NCBI GenBank assembly: GCA_036172245.1
Contig: JAYWIR010000017.1
Location: 1,922,001-1,986,000, forward strand
Direction of reading: 5' to 3'
Origin: Raillietiella orientalis
Taxonomy: Eukaryota
Length of the DNA stretch: 64,000 bases
The notes beneath the pieces are model-generated. The model saw only the letters and a list, made by a program, of their open reading frames with translations. It searched no databases and had not been told where the DNA came from. Positions 50,956 to 62,700 of the stretch are shown here, piece after piece. A program made the translations under genes and the position numbers. Each line of letters begins with the position of its first letter. Position 1 is the first letter of the stretch.

Positions 50956-53232
50956 AGCATATGATCGGCTCATACTGCATTTCACGCCCCATTAACGTTT
51001 CAACATAAAGTTCTACTTTATCATAGCTTCCAAGGTGACATTTATTTATATTTCTGATTCCGTATTTTCGAGTGAGTTTTCTCATGAAAGATATGGTCTT
51101 TTATATAAAAAGAAAAAAAAGAAAGGGCTTCAAAATGAACTTTGAGAATTCTGCATTTTATATATAGTAAAATCCATATTGCAAGTACCTCAAATGTCTT
51201 TGTGCCTTATCGCTGAATGGAAATTACAAACAGGATTGGAAACAGGCAGTCGATAAAAAATGTCCTAATTGAACCTGCATCTGATTACTTCCAGATGGTT
51301 TGCCACCGACCATCGCAGAAATTGAGTCATTGATCTTTCACGTTTACCGTGTGCCACTCATCAAGAAATGGCCACCAGAAAATTAACGTAATTTAAGGGA
51401 GTCTTTCCCTTGGATTGACTACTTGGTTTTTGTTGCGTTTACCGAAACGCATCTTTGGAATCAAATCTTAGGGTTCATTCTCATCTGCTTCTTCATCTAG
51501 GATTCAGGTTCTGAAAATTCGGCACGAAATTTCAAACAAATTTGAGATGCAGCCGATAAGGGCTCACCTCATAATCCAGCTATTTCAAGCTTAAATGGGT
51601 AAGAATCTCGGAGGATGTTACCAATATATTAGATGTTCCCTAGCATCAAAGTGCAAGTTCTGGAAATTCTACATATCGAAAAACTCCTTTGAAGGTTTTT
51701 AATACGTAGCAAAGAGATCTTCGAATGCTTCTCACGATTAAAATCAGCACGATTGCTCCCAGTTGCTTGCATTTACGATCTTGGTGCTTTGCGCCACGCA
51801 TTGCTTATGTCAGCAATGCGTGGCAAAGCAAAATTTCCGGAAAAGGAAAAAAAAAAAAACCATGCGACGCAAAGTAAACTTCATCTGCATTCCTCAATTA
51901 CTCCCACAGAATTCTAAATTCACTGAATAGAGGAAAAGTCCATTTGTCTTTTATGAGTTTTACGTAACAGTATGTGTAGGAACGCGATATGAGGCAGCGT
52001 TTTGAACTTGATGAACAGTAAGCATCATTTATAAGTACCGTGCGCTACTTCCAACATGAAAGCTTAATGTTGGTATGTGCTCCCGTCAGCGATCTTGGTT
52101 GCTGGATGTGGAATCCATTGCAGCTTCCAAATCAAGACAGAATCCACCAGAAAGCTCTCTTACCTATGAATCGATACTGTACAATGGGCACCATTTGGGG
52201 GCAGCAATCATCATGCTCGTTTTTGTCTCTGGCTGCATGGCTGCAATCACATACTGCCCTCGAGCAGCAGCAAACCTTTACCACATCCCCACACGAAACT
52301 TCAAGAACTCAATAAAGATTTGCTTTGCAGGGCGTCCTTCCCGAAATTCTTTGTGCTCCGCAAATAATGAAACTCAAATGCTGATGTCCATATTAAAAAA
52401 AAAAACTGTTTTAGGAGTGACGTTTAGAATAATTTGGGGGAACACCAAGACAACTGAATCTATGGTGATTGACCGAAAACTGTAATCTGTTTAAAGCGCT
52501 TTCCAGACGAATGCTCTTTTTCCAAACATTTCAGGGTTTTTCATATTTAGGAAAACATATCACATGTCATCACACTCGACTGGATGGTAAAAAATTATTT
52601 AGTAAAAAATCAAATCACTAAAAATAATGCATGCTGAATGAAATCGGACTCCTAAAGGCATTCAACAGTACACATGGATGAATTTTTACACGCAGCTCGT
52701 AGACTACGTTGGATATTCATTCTCATTCAAAGAATTTGAGCACGGAAATTACATACAGACGTTTCCTGGTAACTGTATATGCTCTGTAAACTACTAGCAA
52801 GCAAAGTGATACAGTTCACGAGACCCTCTAATTCAAGGATTGTGGATGGGCATACGAAGGAAGATAATAAATATTCACGTTTGAATTGAAATATTTGTTC
52901 TTTATTTTAATTGAAATGATTCCATGTTGATTTTGAAATTATCCCATGTTTAATGAATAAGTTTCAAATTTTCTGATTGTGGACTGCAAATTTTCGAGTT
53001 TAATTTCCTGTGCGTTTTTGTAAAATACCTGAAGTGCAACTAAAAACTGCAAAAGTCTAGTTATTCTAGTCCTCGAGGCATGCACTCGTCCTCATTCCGA
53101 ATTTCAGGTGTCCTAACGAGACATCGAGGTTTTAGACATTCTACATATGCAAATAAGCCGGAAGGATGGAGTACGTCTACTTGGAACGATACTGCACTTT
53201 AATTTGGACGCTCCTCTTCCTTACCCAAAAAC

Positions 53233-54733
53233 GTCGAAGCTTTTGTGGGATGAAACCCTGGGGAAAACGGCGAAAGAGGCAGCGAAGTACACCCGACAGG
53301 ACCTTGGAATGAAACGCAAGGCCAACCTCTGGAATGGAGTCCTCCTTCCTAAGGTGCTCTTCGGGGCGGCCTTTGCGAGAGTGAAAAGGGACACCTCGAG
53401 GGAGCTGGAAAAACTGCAAAGGAAGACATTATGGGGCAAATATCGCCCAAGAGTTCTTTTGAAACCCCTATGTCGTCCCAAAGAAGAAGGTGGAACCGGG
53501 ATGAAGTCGCTTGCACACTCCATGGCAATCATGGACACGCGACACATCCTGGATATCGCCGAACAATGGGACGACTGGCCGTACGCGGCGCATAGGGCCT
53601 ACTCGATGTTGCTTAACAACTCGAAAAGTCTGATGACTGCGCTGCTAGGCCGACTAGGGGAGTGGATGACCATCGACCCGACCTGGAGGAGGAAACAACT
53701 GCTGGTACGAAAGTACAAGATCAAGATCGTGCCAAGAAGCAGGGAACTCTGGCAACAGGAGTCCATCCTCGTGATCCCTTGGATGCTTCCGGTCCCGGAC
53801 GATACCCGAGGATGGATCTACCGGCGGCACAGAGTTACCTTGCAACGAATCCAGGAATGGAGAAAGGGAGGCCACCTACATCATGCTCGTATACTTCGGT
53901 ATATCGAGAAGATGCTAGGTAGGTTCACCCACCGGACCCGCGAAGTGTGGATAAACCACGATGACTCTGCGTGGTCCAGGGTAACCAAAACAAACCTCCG
54001 AAGAATGATAAAGGATCAAGATGAAGACACCAGTACCCTCCAGGAAGCCGCCGATCGCTACGGAAGCAACAGGATCAACCTGTTGGCGATCGGCACGACC
54101 CTATGGAGGAGTGACCTTCCGCCGGACAGCCAGGACAATCTCTTGATGTTTTATCACGGAGGAATCCTGAGCGGGTCCAGACTAGAGTACTTCACAAGAA
54201 GAAGAGGAGACGAAGACTGCCCAGCATGTGGAGACACAGATACCAGACTTCACATCCTGACGTGTCCCCATCCTTAAACGGATCATTGGACGCACCACCA
54301 GTTCCACGATGGAGATCCTAGCCGGGATGTTTCAGGGGGACGGTAATGTTCCCTGTTACAATCCCATGGTGAGGACGACCATTGCCCTCTTCATCACTGC
54401 CATTCTGGTGCGGTGGTGGAAGATGAGGAAAGCCAGGAGAGCCGCACCTCCGATGGAGATCCTGCAAGGACTCCTGAAGAAGGAAATCGGCATAAGAAAT
54501 TGTGGAAGACGAGCAGCCTGGACGTACAGACTCATCCTTAAGAGGATTGAAGACGACGCCCGGGACCAAACACCCACATACCCACCCTAAGTGCAGAACT
54601 TCAGTGAATCCCAAGGACTTCCAGTGAATACAGAACAAGTAGTGTATTGTATGAATGTGACTGTAGTGTGAATGATATTGAAAAAAAAATGAAAATAAAT
54701 TTACCCCACCCCTTGTGGTACTTGGGGAAAATC
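53233..54733 (+). mobile_element. 5'-truncated L1/Tx1-like LINE (family A, copy 2): thumb/post-RT region, zf-RVT, CCHC knuckle and 3' UTR
   Basis: ORF 53147-54277 contains LCRPKEEGGTG (L1/Tx1 P...GGLG-type motif), LWRSDLPP...FYHGGILSGSRL (zf-RVT) and CPACGDTDTRLHILTCP. A short deletion relative to copy 1 (missing TIHQDWQ) shifts the frame into ILKRIIG...MEILAG...TPTYPP* (54590). The 3' terminal 43 nt are shared with copy 1. A possible 7-bp TSD CAAAAAC lies at 53226-53232 and 54733-54739. Confidence 0.93.
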
Positions 54734-57700
54734 AAAAACAGAAAATTTTCCATCCATGAAGATTAACCGAATGCTACGAATTTCACACATAGGTAACATC
54801 TGATCGTATCTTCTAAAAGATTGAAGTAAACTCCTAAGAGATCGACGTTTAGAAGTTCCCTTTACAGCTGTAAGCCGCATAGAAAAAATAAATATACGGA
54901 TATTCCACAAATACTGAGATTAATTGAAGATTAAAATAGTTCCTTGGTTTCATTTACCACTTATTCTCATGGGCTTATGAAGGACATATGTCATGTGGTT
55001 GATTTTTTGTAAGTTATTTATTCTAAGTAACAAGGTAAAGGAATCAGAAAAATGGTTCATTGCATTGAGAAGGTTCATTAGAAGACAATCTGTTTGAAGA
55101 TAAGGCTTAATCTGGCAATCAGATGAATACCTTGACGTCTAAGAATTGAATTAACTCCTTGCATATCATGATGCGGTCCACGATGCAATGGATGTGCTTG
55201 TTTTTTCTGATTCCTGTTTGCAAATTGGCACTTGAAAACAAAGCAGAGGTTTCCGGTAATGGTGTTTAGGAACTAACAGGAAAAGGATACAGATCTTGAA
55301 TCAGGAGAGACTTTGTAATTAGCCTTCAGTTCACACGCTCCTAAACTTCCTAATGAAGATACAAAGTACTACAGGTTTTTTAATCTAATGGGCAGCAAAT
55401 TGCAATTAGCACAAAGCAAGTGTAAGTAATTGCCATGCTACTTTTCATTAAATGTGTTTTCATTTTATGAACAAAACCTTTGTGGGATTTCTTTTTCAAA
55501 CCCATCTTTATTTTCATGCAATTTTTATCTTACTGACCAAAAATATTCCTCTTTAAGCACAGATCTCTTGAATCATATCAATGCTTTCTTGAAATAAGCA
55601 TTCCGTAGCAAGTCACAAGTCCCCTGTAGGAAAAAATACTGGAATTCTTTGTCTCTTATGCCCTGAAGGAATCAAGAATCTAAGCAACATCAGTTTGCTT
55701 TACCGACTCTAAATGTAGCTTTTCTAAGTACATCTGATTTCATGAAACCAAAACTTGAAAGTGACACCCCCGTAGTTCTGCTTGAGAATGTCTTGAAGTC
55801 TGAGAACTCCAAAAAAAGTTACTGCACTAATTACGAAGCGGCATTTTTCAAAATTAAATAACTCTTGTAAAACCAAATATAACAATTTCATGGCGATTCA
55901 AAAAACTGTCCCATTTGATACACCTTGGCTTCGTCAAACCCATAAGAGAAAATAATCCATTCTACTGCGAAGTAAAGAGCTTTTATGGTTAAACTTCATA
56001 TCTGATAAGAATCTTCTTTCAGAATCCATCTTATTCTTTTCGATATCCAGCACCGTATCACAGAAATTTTAATTTTGCTCTGGAGGAATAGTAACGATCT
56101 GCATAATATTTTTTTCTTTTCAATACAGCATATATGTGCATCGGTAGTGCATCCGAAACCTAGAGGACCAGCATATCTTCCACAGCGTTTTCGCCCACTG
56201 ACATTTTGCAGAACCTCCGTATAGGCTCAGTAGTTTGGAATCACATTAAATGGGTAAGGCTTTTATGTACCTGCTGAAAGCGAAAGGATACAACGAAAAT
56301 CTGCTGACACGTTAGAATCACCCTCGAGCAGTCCAAAGTCCCTGCAACGAATCTGGCACAAAAACCGAACGTGTATTTGTGTCGTTACCGATCCGATCCC
56401 AATAAGATGTTCCAGGATTCGCATGAAAGCATCCGTCGACAAGATCATCGTAGACGTGATTTCCGTTCGAGCATGAAAATCAAGAACCTCCGCAGAAGGT
56501 TTCTACTTCGTCTATCACTGTAGGACAATTCTGAGTGAGCAGCATGAAGAAGGATCATGAAAATTCGCCAACTTCCGAAGGTGTTTCTTAAAAGTCAAAT
56601 GAGAGTAACAGCAAATTAACCATTTTTTGCTCGTGTTTTTCCGGAAAGCGCTGCACGAACAAAATACAACGGAAACATAAACTGTCAGTGGTCTCCGTGA
56701 TACATCTTAATTATCCTTTGGAAATTTCACTGGAGCTGAGATACCTCCAATGAACCGTGAACGCAAGATCTCGTACTTTTGCGTTGGATCATTCAGCATC
56801 CACACTCTGCTTAGAGCTCTTCGCACCCAAAGACGAAGATCAAGTTTGCTTTACGTTCTTTTGCAAACTTTCTTCGCTTTGAGAGAAAGGTTGGTTATGC
56901 AGATAAATAATAGGTGAGGCTGAAAAATAATGTAAATATGAGAATCTGAAAATCCGTCAGGAAGAAAGCGGGCATTGAACCTAGAGCAGAAAATTCACAA
57001 ACTTGAGATCCATGAATTGCAAGGACAAACGGTTGTCAATCCCTATTTCGAAATTTTCGCAAGTTAACGCTGTAAATTACTGTATGCCTTTGGTGAATAA
57101 TCTTACCGTGTGCTTTCGATTTCTTAAAATATAACTACAAAATGTGACCATACCTGAAAATGATGCTCACCGTCGAGTTTGAATGAATGTTTCATAAGTG
57201 GAACTTCTAAAATCCAAGTGGAAAGTCATTTAGATTTTTTTAAGAATATGTGGTCATTTTGCACCTTTGTACTCTGTAATGAATTTTTCGAAGTCGGCAA
57301 ATCTTGTAGCCCTGACAAATCAGCCGCTCTTATTGAGCCGTTATCTGTCTGCCTCAATGAAACATTCCAAGGTTATGACTGTCTGCTGATCAGGACGCCG
57401 ACCTTGCAGCATCAGCAGTCACTGCACAATACATAAAACTGTAATACATTTGAACTTTATTTCATACTCAAATCACTGTCCTTCCCAAATAGTATTCTTA
57501 TTAGAAGATAAGCTGGAAAAGCAAAAAAGTCGCAGTTTCTTGTCCTATATAGATTTCTGTATCCTTCTAAGGCGGAGTATTCAGTATTAACGCTCATCTT
57601 GAAAATCTTACCTCTCTGCCTGTCAGAGAGTTCCCGAAATTCTTCATTCGTCGCTGGCCTGTCAGTTTTCAATAGCATTCTTACTGTACAAAGCAGCATT

Positions 57701-57954
57701 TTCATAGGATTTTCCTTATCTTTTTACAAGACCCATTCTAGAAACGACTTTGTAAGAATTTCATTTCAATCATCGCCAAATGTGATTTAAAATTGCATCT
57801 TTTTTAGAACTGAAATCCAATTTCCCCTCTTAATAAGCATTCCTGAGCTTATTTATGAAATTTACTTCCTATTATTAAAATATAAAAAATGTACTCACAG
57901 AAGCGACGCAGAATGCAACTGTCTCTCCACTGGACCTTCGCCCGTCAACTCAGT

Positions 57955-57988
57955 CTTGATGTTTTACCATTTACCTTGATGTTTTACC
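57955..57988. repeat. Short tandem duplication (CTTGATGTTTTACC x2, 20-nt period)
   Basis: cttgatgttttacc-atttac-cttgatgttttacc is seen directly. Confidence 0.7.
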
Positions 57989-58977
57989 GGCGGAAGTTAT
58001 TTGTATCAGTTGGTTAGCGTACAAACAACTTCTCATCATCCACAAAAGTGTTGAACCTACATACAGTGCTGGAGTCCATCGCACTTGTCAGCAGTTTTTT
58101 TTTCCTTCCTTAGCCGAAGACTAAAAATCTTAAAGTCTAGGCAGCTGTTTTTGCTTTCAATCCTTTTCTATCTCACTTGGATGCTCTGCAGCTGTTTTCA
58201 AATCCTCTCATGAGCACAGAGGTGTTTCAAGACAATCAGGAATTCGATGCCTTTCTATTCTAACATCGAATTCTTACGGTTCCTATTTTATTTACTGATA
58301 TAAGAATGCAGAGTAGAAACAATAAGGACAAAAACGCTTCGTTTAGGAAAACTACAGATGAGATGAAATTACCCAGGACGATGATACTTTAGCTCCACAG
58401 ATGGCATGTTAGCTTTTCCTAAATGTTTTCTTTCTTTTGTGAAATTTAATGTTCAGTTTTGAAAACGGATCAAGCAATAAATAATTCTTTGAGAATTGAT
58501 GAAGCACACAAGCAAGGAACCATTTCTCTAAAATTCGGAAAACAAAAAATGGAGGATCAGAGTTTTTCCAGAAATACTGCGAAACTGTGATGAAACAGAG
58601 AGCAATTTTTTCTCTTTCCTGTTCCAAAGAGGGTATTGCAATATTCTTGCCGTCATTCAGCATGAAAGAAATAAAGTGAGTTTTTTTTTTTTTTTATCTT
58701 GTCAGGTCACTTTATCTATCGTTCAGTATTCCAACCACTACGTTTATACCGACTGAAATGGGACAACGCAAGCAACTGTACTTTGAAAGTGCAATATTAC
58801 TATTTTCTTGGATGTGCAAGCTCAACGATGACAAATTAAACCAAACATTCATGATGTTTTCTCCATAGGCACTGCATTCGTTGATGACAAAATGATCACA
58901 CGGTGGACTGCGTTGGGTGACTTCCTTTAGTCTCGTGATTTCCGACTCACCAAGGTTTCCTATTTTCACACATCTAT

Positions 58978-59430
58978 TTGTTTTTTTGTGAAATGACAAA
59001 AAGAAGTAGTAGCAACGATCACTCATTTGAGCGTGGATTAGATGTCCATGCAGCTATAAGAACAGGAATTTGCATTTTTCGGTCTCAAGCGGAAGTTATT
59101 ACAAAAGGAAATGTTCTATCTGAAACTCGTCAAAAACTAGGAATTTTGTCAGGCTTCTCGTAGATGGAAGCACGACTCATTTCCATCAAAAATGTGAAAA
59201 AAGGATCATCAGCATTGATAGAACATTTTTTTCGAATTTGGAAAACAGAACTCGATAAACAAGATGCTTTCAAGCCAAGAAGTAAATTATCAATCCAAGA
59301 GCATTTAGAGCACCTTCTTAAAAGTACTTTAGGACGAGCGCTTACCAAATGTGAAGGCACCACCCACATAATTTTCACATTATTCGAGGTTACCAGACAC
59401 CATAGTAAAGGAAACACAGAACCAGGATAG
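58978..59430 (+). pseudogene. Possible decayed coding remnant with weak resemblance to a hAT-type transposase C-terminal (dimerisation) region
   Basis: Two in-frame ORFs are separated by a single TAG at 59161, giving about 150 codons. The segment SQAEVITKGNVLSETRQKL...MEARLISIKN...LIEHFFRIW is loosely like hAT C-termini. The resemblance is by eye only. Confidence 0.2.
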
Positions 59431-59447
59431 CCAATCCAGTTATCCCC

Positions 59448-59775
59448 ATGGAAATCCTGGGGAAAACGCGAGAGGAGGCTGCAAAATTCGTCCGAATCGA
59501 CTTTCGCCTGAAGCAGGGGTCAAACCTGTGGAACGGAGTCCTCCTTCTCAAGGTGCTCTTCGGAGCGGCCTTCTGCCAACTGGACGAGCCAACGCGCAAG
59601 GAGGTGGAACAACTGCAGCGAAAAATACTTTGGAAAGAGTTCGAGCCGCGGGTCAGGCTAAAACTGCTGTGCCGACCTCGAGACAAGGGGGGGGGGGACC
59701 GGGATGAGATCGCTCAAGCGATCCGTGGATCTTCAGCACGTGTGACAAATCCTGGATCTTGCCACCAAATGGGAC
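59448..59775 (+). mobile_element. Internal fragment of an L1/Tx1-like LINE (family A, copy 3, more diverged subfamily)
   Basis: EILGKTREEAAKFVRIDFRLKQGSNLWNGVLLLKVLFGAAFCQLD...LCRPRDKGG, then after a poly-G frameshift TGMRSL...QILDLATKWD. It aligns with the start of copies 1 and 2 and has no 3' end. Confidence 0.88.
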
Positions 59776-62700
59776 CTCTGAAAAATCAGAAACAGTCGAT
59801 TGTTTGTGGTAGTCAAATTGCGTTCTAAATTCGAAGATGCACAGTTAGTACTAGAACAACGTCTTAATTTGTTTCCAAAAAATCTTTGACGTCAAAAGCT
59901 TTCCTGTACCTCATGATGAGAAGAAATAAGGTGAGGTGCACTTTCAGGAAGTATCACTTCTTAGTAGTGTATTGTGTTTTGAAATCTAAGAGCAATTTGA
60001 AAACATTTTGCTGATGAGGATTTCACTTGCAGATACGGAAAAAATGGGAACAAACGATCACATAAATTGAGAGATCATGTTTCACCATGGAATTCAACTT
60101 TCCTCGAATGAAGCGAATTTTTAAACAAGCATGCAGAACTGTTTTTTTTATAATTCAAAGCTGCGAGTGGGGAAAACATCTTATTAGAAAATCACCATGT
60201 GGAAATGATTTTCATTAGGGTTAATGATTTCCAAGAGGATCTTCCACATTTTATTGTAAATGCAGAAAGAACTTCAATGAATCACCAAGAATTGCAACTT
60301 TCATTCATAAGTTTTCCGAGTATTCTGAGACAGAAAATGACATGGGAATTTTCGAACATTTTTCGAGATGTTGGGATGATGCATCTAGAGATGCCATCCT
60401 AAAGCGCTGGAGCACATGTTGGGCAACGTCAGTATCAAAAGCCTGCGACAGCAGTAGGTTTATTGGTTACACGAAATCGGAGTTTCGAAGCCACGAATTT
60501 CTTGTACGCATAGTACAAGTATTTCACACGTACAACTCCTTGTTGTTGACGGTCCAAATCGGTCAAGGTAAACCGGCCTGTATGAACTTTTTTTTTCTTT
60601 GTATTAATACTGTGTGGATTCGAGCTCTGACCAGTGGATTCCTGCACTGATTCCAGCATCTTGTCTGAGTTGACAGGAAAAAAACTTTTCCAAGTGGATA
60701 AAAAATAAGATAAACAAGAATACAGTTTCAATAGATGAGTACAGTTTTAAATAAAAACTAGGGATCAAGGAAATTGTTTCTCGAAATTGCTCATCGCCCA
60801 ACTGGATCTTTGGAAATCTTTTGTGGATAATGGCGCCTGTATCAGTTCGGCTCATCAGTTGATTTCCGTCTTTGGCTAATCGAGTCAAATCAAAACTTCC
60901 TTTGCTGAATGTGGAAAAAGCAGACGGGAGTGAAGCAAAGACCAAAATCTGCATTTCTCGGCTGACAAGCAGGTCCACGAGGAGATGTGCCTGTACCCAA
61001 AATAAAAACAAGGAAGACGAATATGCGATATTTTCAGGACAGATTCATTGCTGCTCATGTCATAAATACGTGCACCTTGTTTGGCAAGCATTGTGTTATT
61101 CTCAGAGGTTCGCAAGATCCTAAAAGTATTTTTTCTTTCCTTTGAGCTAATTTAGCAAAATCAACTCAAAGAGACTTCGGATTAAAGAAATCCCCCCTTT
61201 CGTGGTCCTCCTTCGCTAGTGCAATCACCATGATCCTTGTGAATGTATGACGAATTTGTGCCTGCCATGGAGAATTCTCATAGTTACAAATTTCTATAAC
61301 GGATAAAACGTTACGAACAAAATACAAAATGCTGCCAACGTTCATTGTGTGCCTTATCCCCATGATTTTGATCTTTTGCAATATCACAGGAAAAATATTT
61401 AGAAATATCAACTCAAGCACGTTCACTTACAGGCAGAAATAGCATCCGCACTAGCGTCTCTTTTGAAACATGACGACGGATGTCCAGAATGCAAGTTATT
61501 CCCTTCAGCTCATTTCACTTCATGGATAATCCTTGATTATGGAAATTTCTCTGTGTACAAAGTAAACATTTCGGAACTTACAATTTTTGAATGCGTGGCA
61601 CCTTCCAACGAACAGTTGGCTGTGGATGAATGGGAGAGAATCGTTATCGTAGTTTGACCGACTTCAGCAACTCGTTCTGAAGAAACTTTGTTCTCCCTAA
61701 AAAAGATTTTTTTTTCCTATTTCGGCTCAGTTGCCGGCTACAGTTCTACATTAGGAGTAACACTGACTCACCTCTAAGGTTTGCAAGCACCTTTTACTCT
61801 TCCTCACATAATAAACAAAAACGAAGCAGCGTCCACTTATGGTACCCACGAGTGCATCTTCCTGTTCCACTTGACAATTAGAACTTCCCCTTGCATCTCC
61901 CGTCCGTCTTCGACCTTTGAACTCTGCTTTTCATTTGATGGTACTGGCTATAGTCAGCCTCCGCTTTCTAAAGGGATTCTTTCCTCCTGTATTCTCAACG
62001 ATGGAATAAGAGATAAAAGAAGTACTTCTTTATACCACTGAAAATCGGAAAAGTTAAGCAAGTTTGAAGAGCAGAAGGATTGTATTGTATGATGCCTCCA
62101 TATCACCCACTTATCATGAGATAGAGAGGATTCCCTTGCTCATTTCCACAAGTGGTATGAGGATGCTTTGTGTGTTGAGTAAAGAATTTGCAGTGCGGCA
62201 ACTGCTAAAGAACGTGAAACTACTTCTTTGTTTCCAAAAGTTCCCAATAAAGAAAAGAAACATGGAGAAAAGAACTTCATGAAAGAGTCTGAAGGTAGAG
62301 AAGAATGAAGTAGCTATTGGCTGCGCAATGGCCCACGTCAAGCACGTTTGCGATGGAAAGGGACTCTTATAGCTCCCCATCTGACTCGCATTATGGAAAA
62401 CTGAAACGCTATTGTAGAAGAGTGAAGCAGTGCCATCTGCGGATCACTGATCTCATGCTTTCTGCAACTTCGTTTTGTAAATTGCAAACTATGGTACTGT
62501 ACTGTGGTTTCATATCTTTCTGAAATCACTGCATCTTACAGATTCAGGCTGATGAAATGCCCTCAAGGGCTTTCATTGTCAACGACGAATGGCTGACTGA
62601 GGAGTGTGCCGAGCTGTGGTCTGCACCGTTGAATACCCGGCCACCTTATTAATGCTCCTAGCAATCTGCCGAGTGAACGACGAAGATGAGACTCTCTTCT

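Noticed and set aside
53147..53232. ISRKDGVRLLG resembling RT motif 7 (ISRVDVVKYLG in copy 1)
   Set aside because: There is little nucleotide similarity, the spacing to the downstream W is too long, and a candidate TSD sits at 53226-53232. I treated it as flank, though it is not fully excluded.
62549..62576. CTGATGA followed by a hairpin, possible hammerhead ribozyme
   Set aside because: The required GAAA after stem II is absent, so it is just an ATGAAA-GCCC/GGGC-TTTCAT hairpin.
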